From the NCBI GenBank assembly GCA_963580245.1, contig CAUZJO010000001.1, forward strand, positions 533 to 64,532: a stretch of 64,000 bases of DNA, read 5' to 3'. Shown one piece after another: positions 59,270 through 64,000 of the stretch. Numbering within the stretch: position 1 is the first letter of the stretch; the number at the start of each line of letters is the position of its first letter. The stretch comes from Candidatus Sumerlaeia bacterium. GTDB taxonomy: Bacteria > Sumerlaeota > Sumerlaeia > MVZB01. The position numbers and the translations under genes are program-made. The notes under the pieces are model-generated. The model ran no database searches. It was not told the origin of the DNA and worked only from the letters and a program-made list of their open reading frames with translations.

Positions 59270-60517
59270 TTACGCGCCTCCCCCGGCTGATTTTGGGGCC
59301 GCTCCGCCAGCCCCCGCCGTGACCGGCCAGGCCAAGTTCTTCTCCAAGAAAAGAGCCCGCAGGACCCGCGTTTGACGCTCGATCACCTCATTTTCGTCGA
59401 ACCGCTCCCGCGCGCGGCGCAGGCCCGCTTCCCCCATGCGCTGGCGCAGGCCCTCGTCGCTTAGGATGCGCCGCATGGCCTGGGCTAGCGCGGGAGCGTC
59501 GCGCACGGGCGTGAGCAAGCCCGTCCGGCCGTCCTCCACCTCTTCGCGGCAACCGCGAATGTTCGTGGCCACCACCGGCAGGCCCGCCGCCATCGCCTCG
59601 ATGATCGAGCGCGGCATCCCCTCGCGCCACGAGGGCAGGCAAAAGAGGTCCCCCAGTGCCAGCAGCCGCGGGATATCCGTCCGGAGGCCCGCGAAGACGA
59701 CCGAATCGGCCATATCCAGATGCCGGACGTGGGCGCGGATGGCTTCGGCCGAGTTGTCGCGATCGGAGGCCAGCGCCTCGCCGATCAGCAACGCGCGCGC
59801 CGCCGGCATGGACTGCCTCAGCTCGCTGAAGGCCTCCAGGAACTCGAAATACCCCTTTTCCCGCACCAAACGGGCAACCATGATCACAATGGGCCGGCTG
59901 CCGGGCTCGATGCCCAGCTCGCGGCGGAGCTCCGCCAAGCCCGCATCGGTGGGCCGGTCCGGACTGAATCGCGCGAGGTCAACGCCGTTGCCGATCGCCA
60001 TGGCGCGGGCGGGCGGCGCGATTCGCTCACCGACGGCGGTCTCCAGGTCCTCGCCGCTTTGCGTGAAGAGGAAGTCGGCATAGCACTGGGCGGCCCGCTC
60101 CAGGCCGATATGGACGCGCCGCACCCACGGACGCGTCCCCTCGTGAAAATAGAACCCGTGAGCGGTGTAGATCACGATGGGGACGCCGCAACGCCGGGCC
60201 GCGGGCCGCGCGATCATCGCGGCGACCGGCGTATGCGCATGCACGACCGTGAACGCCTGCCGCCGAAGCAGCCCGACCAGTTGGCGGTAGGCCCGGAAAT
60301 GGGCCGCCAACTTGAAACTTCGGCTGAACTCGATGGGGTGAAGCTCGAACCCGGCCACCTCGATGGCGGGGGCATCGAGGTGGCGGCGGCACGCCAAGTG
60401 GACCTCGAAACCCTCCCGCCGCTGGGCCTCCATGAGGGGCAGCAGGAAATGGCGGGCCGTGAAGTCCACCGCGCAGACGTGCAGAATGGAAGGGTGTTGG
60501 GGCTCACTGTCGTGGAT
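59270..60517 (-). CDS. Glycosyltransferase family 4
   Basis: ILHVCAVDFT, VHAHTP, YTAHGFYF, GNGVDL, ARLVREKG, PSWREGMPRSIIEAMA. The start region reads ATC at 60517, possibly a miscalled ATG. Confidence 0.88.
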   Translation of the reverse strand: MHDSEPQHPSILHVCAVDFTARHFLLPLMEAQRREGFEVHLACRRHLDAPAIEVAGFELHPIEFSRSFKLAAHFRAYRQLVGLLRRQAFTVVHAHTPVAAMIARPAARRCGVPIVIYTAHGFYFHEGTRPWVRRVHIGLERAAQCYADFLFTQSGEDLETAVGERIAPPARAMAIGNGVDLARFSPDRPTDAGLAELRRELGIEPGSRPIVIMVARLVREKGYFEFLEAFSELRQSMPAARALLIGEALASDRDNSAEAIRAHVRHLDMADSVVFAGLRTDIPRLLALGDLFCLPSWREGMPRSIIEAMAAGLPVVATNIRGCREEVEDGRTGLLTPVRDAPALAQAMRRILSDEGLRQRMGEAGLRRARERFDENEVIERQTRVLRALFLEKNLAWPVTAGAGGAAPKSAGGGA

Positions 60518-60533
60518 CGTCGCGCGCTTACCT

Positions 60534-61076
60534 CTAGAGGGCGATCTCCTGATCCTCCGCGGCGTACTGTTTCAAGAACTCCTCGACCTCTTGCTTGAGC
60601 GCGGCGATCTGTTCGTCTTCAAGCCGGGTGGAGGCGATCTCCAGCATGTCGCCGGTGGCGGTGTTTTCAAAAATCACGATCTCGCTCCCCGTTTCGTCCA
60701 CCTGGTTCGCGCACCACTTGAGCCCGCCCCACTTCATCAACAGATGGGCCAAGAAATAGAGTCTGGGGCCCAAGTCTTCGCTGTCGCGCCGGTCCCACAG
60801 CGACTCGAACAGCACCCGCAGGGCCACCGAGCGCTCCCGGCGCGAGAGTTTGCGCGCCTTCTTGGCCTTCAGCTCACGCCGCGTCATCCAGTAAGAGTCA
60901 AACGCCTCCTTCTTGAGATGCTCCCAACAGACGGGGCAAAAATCCTGCCGCTCAAGCTTCTTGGGGGGACTGCTGCTCAACGTGCTGGGGTGTCGCTCCA
61001 GTTCATGGATCGGTTCCCCGCAATTGCTGCATTGGCGGCTGGGCCGGCCTATCGTCAGTAGCTGTTCCTTGTCCAT
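60534..61076 (-). CDS. Conserved hypothetical protein with zinc-binding CxxC pairs
   Basis: IGRPSRQCSNC...RQDFCPVCW...YW, LYFLAHLLM. Confidence 0.7.
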   Translation of the reverse strand: MDKEQLLTIGRPSRQCSNCGEPIHELERHPSTLSSSPPKKLERQDFCPVCWEHLKKEAFDSYWMTRRELKAKKARKLSRRERSVALRVLFESLWDRRDSEDLGPRLYFLAHLLMKWGGLKWCANQVDETGSEIVIFENTATGDMLEIASTRLEDEQIAALKQEVEEFLKQYAAEDQEIAL

Positions 61077-61121
61077 CCCGCATTCGTCTCCATGCTGGTC
61101 TGCCGCTTTCCTTGATTCGGG

Positions 61122-61367
61122 TTATAAAACGCTCCCCCCACCGACAAGATAGCCAATATAGAACAACGACCATCCGCCGACTATCATAAAAAATGGCTTT
61201 GAGCTGTCACGCCAGTCCGTGATGAGGAAGATTAGGAAAATAGGTGGGAATAAACACCCGAATCTCCAGAGTTTACTTTCACCGAAAGCTTCAAGCAATA
61301 TCCATAGTTCACCAATTATGGCGATCAGAAAGCCTGTCATCAATAGGATATCCCGAATGACTTCCAT
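61122..61367 (-). CDS. Small membrane protein (lower GC)
   Basis: LWILLEAF.ES.LW..GCL.P....IFLI.DW; 3 hydrophobic segments; GAAGGGAGG RBS. Confidence 0.6.
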   Translation of the reverse strand: MEVIRDILLMTGFLIAIIGELWILLEAFGESKLWRFGCLFPPIFLIFLITDWRDSSKPFFMIVGGWSLFYIGYLVGGGSVL

Positions 61368-61591
61368 AAACCGGATCCACCTCCCTTCTGGAATCACCCC
61401 CCCCATGCCCTGCCTGTCCCGACCCAAGTGAAATCCGATGTTACGACTTTGCGTCTACAAGAGATGGTCGTCGAAGAGTGGCGCTAGGTTGCAATGAAAT
61501 AGGATGAATCCGGTCTCCCTACTGTTCAGGTTTACGCCCGTCTGCCAGGCCAGGACAAAGACGAGGTCGCTTACAAGGATTCGTGGTTTAT

Positions 61592-61838
61592 TTATAATAA
61601 AAGACTTAAGTAGTTTTCAGGGCTGATGTCCTCTGCGTCCAATACATCGGACCACCTCGATTCATCCGCTGGCGGGTTTCTTACCGAATCTCTTACCGAA
61701 CCTCGGCAGCGACGGCACCCTTGGGGCCCGCGATGGTCCCTTCGCTCCGCGAGCGACCCCTGGCCCGATGCCGAAAATAAGCGGCAGAACCACAAGTTCC
61801 ACCGCGAATACGGCGAGGACGACGGTTAGATTACTCAT
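61592..61838 (-). CDS. Small membrane-anchored hypothetical protein, frameshifted near 61675
   Basis: MSNLTVVLAVFAVELVVLPLIFGIG..., with C-terminus DESRWSDVLDAEDISPENYLSLLL in another frame. Confidence 0.4.
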
Positions 61839-61878
61839 GTCTTTGTATCTCGGTCTTTCGTCAAAACCCGGGAATTCA

Positions 61879-63087
61879 TTAGAATCCTAGGTCGTCGAAG
61901 TTGACCTTCAAGTCCTCATGATCAAGTTCCGCGCTCGCCCGCAAGGACGTTGAGATCGGTCTCGGTTTTGAAGAGTCGGCCTGGTTATTCCTCATGAATG
62001 GTTCCTCCTCCTCGAATTCCTCTTCGCTTTCCTCGTCTTGCCCGACTCCGTCTTTTTCCTCTATCTCTTCTTCGTCTTAAGCTTCTTCCAGTGGTTCGGG
62101 TTCACCCGTTTCCTTATCGTCTTTCTCGCCGTCATTGATTTCCTCCTCGCTGCCGATTGAACGGTCTTCCTTGGCCGGTTCTTTTTTCGACGCTTGCTCT
62201 TTCTTGGCCTGCTCTAGATTTTCGACGCTGACTTCCATCGATCGCATGACGGTCTCGACGGCGGCAACGTCCCCCTGCCCTTCTTCGCTCGGTGAAGCTG
62301 CATCGGATTCTTCACTCTCATCGTTGTCGTCCGCTTCCGGCTCCAGGAGTTGTGTTGCTTCAATGTCCTTTGAAACTTCCGGCGTTGATCTTTCGGCTTG
62401 AGGCGGCTCCTCTTCCACCTCCTCTTACACCGGGGCATCTTGTTCCTCGGGCTCCTCGCCGGAGACGTCGTTAACGGCTTCATTCGGCTGTTCATGGGGA
62501 GACGTTAAGCTGGATTCTTCTTCTCTCAACCCCTCGCCCGGCGTCCCTCCTGGCCCAGTATTCTCCTCCGCCAACGACGCTTGATCCGCAACAGCCTTGG
62601 TCCCAGCGGGACCGATTCGGGATACAACGACCTTCCTTATGATGAGTAGAGCAGCCAGAGCAACATTCAGGAGGAAAACGTAAAGAATCACCATGAGAGT
62701 TGACACCGATGCCGACGTCTCGACGCGCTCCAGCTCGGTCGCCGGCTCCGGTTCTGTATTTAGGTGGCCCTGATGAGTTGTGTCGGGATCTTCGGAAGAG
62801 GGAATTCCACGGTCCGGTGGTAACTGGGGTCGATCACTCGCTCGCTCTTGGTGAGAAACCCGCGGCGGAACCGGCGAATCTAAGGAATGCTCCGTTGGAG
62901 GCTCATCGGCCAGTCCTGGGTCAACCACCCCAAGCTGCTCATAAGGCGCAAACTCAGCCGGTTGAGTCGCGATGGCAACCGAATGTGGGATTGCCAAGGT
63001 CAGGGCAACTAGAAAAAACGGTGCTCTCACAAACTCTCGGCTTCCCTCGCTGCAACGACCCGTAACGACGTACTCCTCCCCCGTCAA
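61879..63087 (-). CDS. Membrane protein with long acidic disordered tail (in-frame TAA at 62425-62427 and 62077-62079)
   Basis: ORFs 62425..63087 and 62077..62418 are in the same frame, which continues Glu-rich to DLKVNFDDLGF* at 61879; TM TLMVILYVFLLNVALAALLII. Confidence 0.55.
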
Positions 63088-63179
63088 CGCATCGGCATTT
63101 TGAGACCCTCAACTTAGATCGGTGACCTCGTGGGGATCAGTTCGCCTCCAACGAATGGTAACCAAGGCATCTTTTGCAT

Positions 63180-63740
63180 AGGTATTGGATATGTACTAAT
63201 ATGTACTCTCTTAATACTCATCATCATCATCATACTGTGAAGGAAGTGGAAAAGTATGATAAGTGTAATAGTATCAATGCTTTAGGACTGTCTTGAAAAA
63301 AGGGACATCTCTGGTATTCATTCACAGCTGGAGCCAGCGGGTGGGTGATGAAAAGGGAAAGGGCGGTTCAGGCGGGACGATGTTGTGGGAGCCTGTGGAT
63401 AAATAAATAGCCTCTCGTGGTGTTTTTGCTGACGAAATCGAAATAAAGCCCATGGAAGTAGGAGCAATCGTATGTTGCGGGGTTATCCACAGATCTGCTT
63501 AGCCGGGGGATTGTTTTCTAAAAGGTGCGTTTTTTAGGCGACGGGTAATGGAAGTCGTGTAGATTCAATCATTTAGAGATAGTAAAAATATTCGGCGAGA
63601 GAATGGATTCAATTGAAAGGGATGAGTTATTCACAGGGCCGAGGGAGCCTGTGGAAAACTCGGGAAGGGCTAATATCTTTTGGCTTACGGACCGCCTAGG
63701 GGCTCTAAGCCAAGAGCGTGCCAGGGGCACTCTTCCACAG
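63180..63740. other. Candidate chromosomal replication origin (oriC)
   Basis: ORF-free and AT-rich. DnaA boxes TGTGGATAA 63394-63402, TTATCCACA 63483-63491, TTATTCACA 63627-63635; near matches at 63318-63326, 63650-63658, 63731-63739, 63245-63253. AT-rich segment with (CAT)5 at 63219-63233. Confidence 0.75.
63709..63723 (-). promoter_or_regulatory. sigma54-like -24/-12 motif facing into the DnaA-box cluster
   Basis: Minus strand TGGCACGCTCTTGGC (GG-N10-GC). Confidence 0.35.
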
Positions 63741-63954
63741 CCGGCGGTTCGTCAGGATTGACGTGATCTCCCTCGTGGTTTCTGGCTATTTGCTAGGTTA
63801 AGCTTGCCGAAATAGGGGCGGGAGGGCAAGAATGTCGTCCTTGCATGGCCGCATCCAGGAGAGTTGAGTCGAAGGCCGATACGCGCATAGCTCCTGTCGG
63901 TCGCTGGGCGATTTAGACCAGTATGAGGGTGCGGGGGAAGAGTCGGTAGGACGT

Positions 63955-64000
63955 GTGAGCTTGGACATCGAATTGCGCAGTTTCTTCGAGATGCTTGCCG
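63955..64000 (+). CDS. Possible start of a gene running out of the window
   Basis: GTG after AGGA; MSLDIELRSFFEMLA is too short to assign. Confidence 0.25.
   Translation, partial: MSLDIELRSFFEMLA

Noticed and set aside
2537-60598. Numerous long antisense or alternate-frame ORFs (e.g. 2614..4338, 9287..10519, 44933..46162, 57678..59003)
   Set aside because: Shadow ORFs typical of high-GC DNA, overlapping well-supported genes and lacking motifs.
980-62427. Genome-wide stop-codon reassignment (TAA=Tyr or TAG=Gln)
   Set aside because: Well-conserved genes end at TAA/TAG at the expected positions (rex, flgG, pilB, frdA), the expected residues at internal stops differ (Tyr versus Glu), and frameshifts are similarly frequent.
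63219-63233. (CAT)5 as a His-tag or vector contamination
   Set aside because: Not within an ORF, no vector features, and it sits in an origin-like AT-rich context.
1-64000. CRISPR array, tRNA or rRNA genes
   Set aside because: No regularly spaced repeat-spacer series, cas genes, cloverleaf or rRNA signatures seen by eye; a covariance-model scan was not run.

Overview
High-GC bacterial chromosomal window, probably from a poorly characterised lineage; the gene repertoire is reminiscent of PVC-like or candidate phyla such as Sumerlaeota, which is a low-confidence impression. From left to right it holds: the 3' end of an RHS/YD-repeat toxin with a putative immunity gene; an NhaC-family transporter, M48 peptidase and BadF-type sugar kinase; convergent flgFG / flgBC units with sigma54 promoters; cysG and an Rrf2 regulator; a PilB-N-domain/kinase/pseudokinase fusion; rex; a MoxR-DUF58-DUF4350-DUF4129-SpoIIM-RDD cluster; a RelE-type TA islet flanked by a 92-bp duplication; frdABCD; an orphan MT-A70; hicBA; dprA; thiE; an orphan T6SS tssA; a truncated IS3; pilB-pilT-pilB; ruvX; a CHASE histidine kinase; a TPR-Ser/Thr kinase; nadD, queF and pepF; a J-domain/TPR protein; and an AT-rich DnaA-box cluster at the right end that looks like oriC. 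Two dispersed small repeat families are present: a ~135-bp MITE/REP element in 3 copies, and hexamer-built inverted repeats. No rRNA, tRNA or CRISPR array was seen. Many genes carry frameshifts, internal deletions or in-frame TAA/TAG codons. These most likely reflect an error-prone read or assembly, so interrupted-gene calls and apparent junctions should be treated cautiously. All family assignments come from motif recognition by eye, not from database searches.
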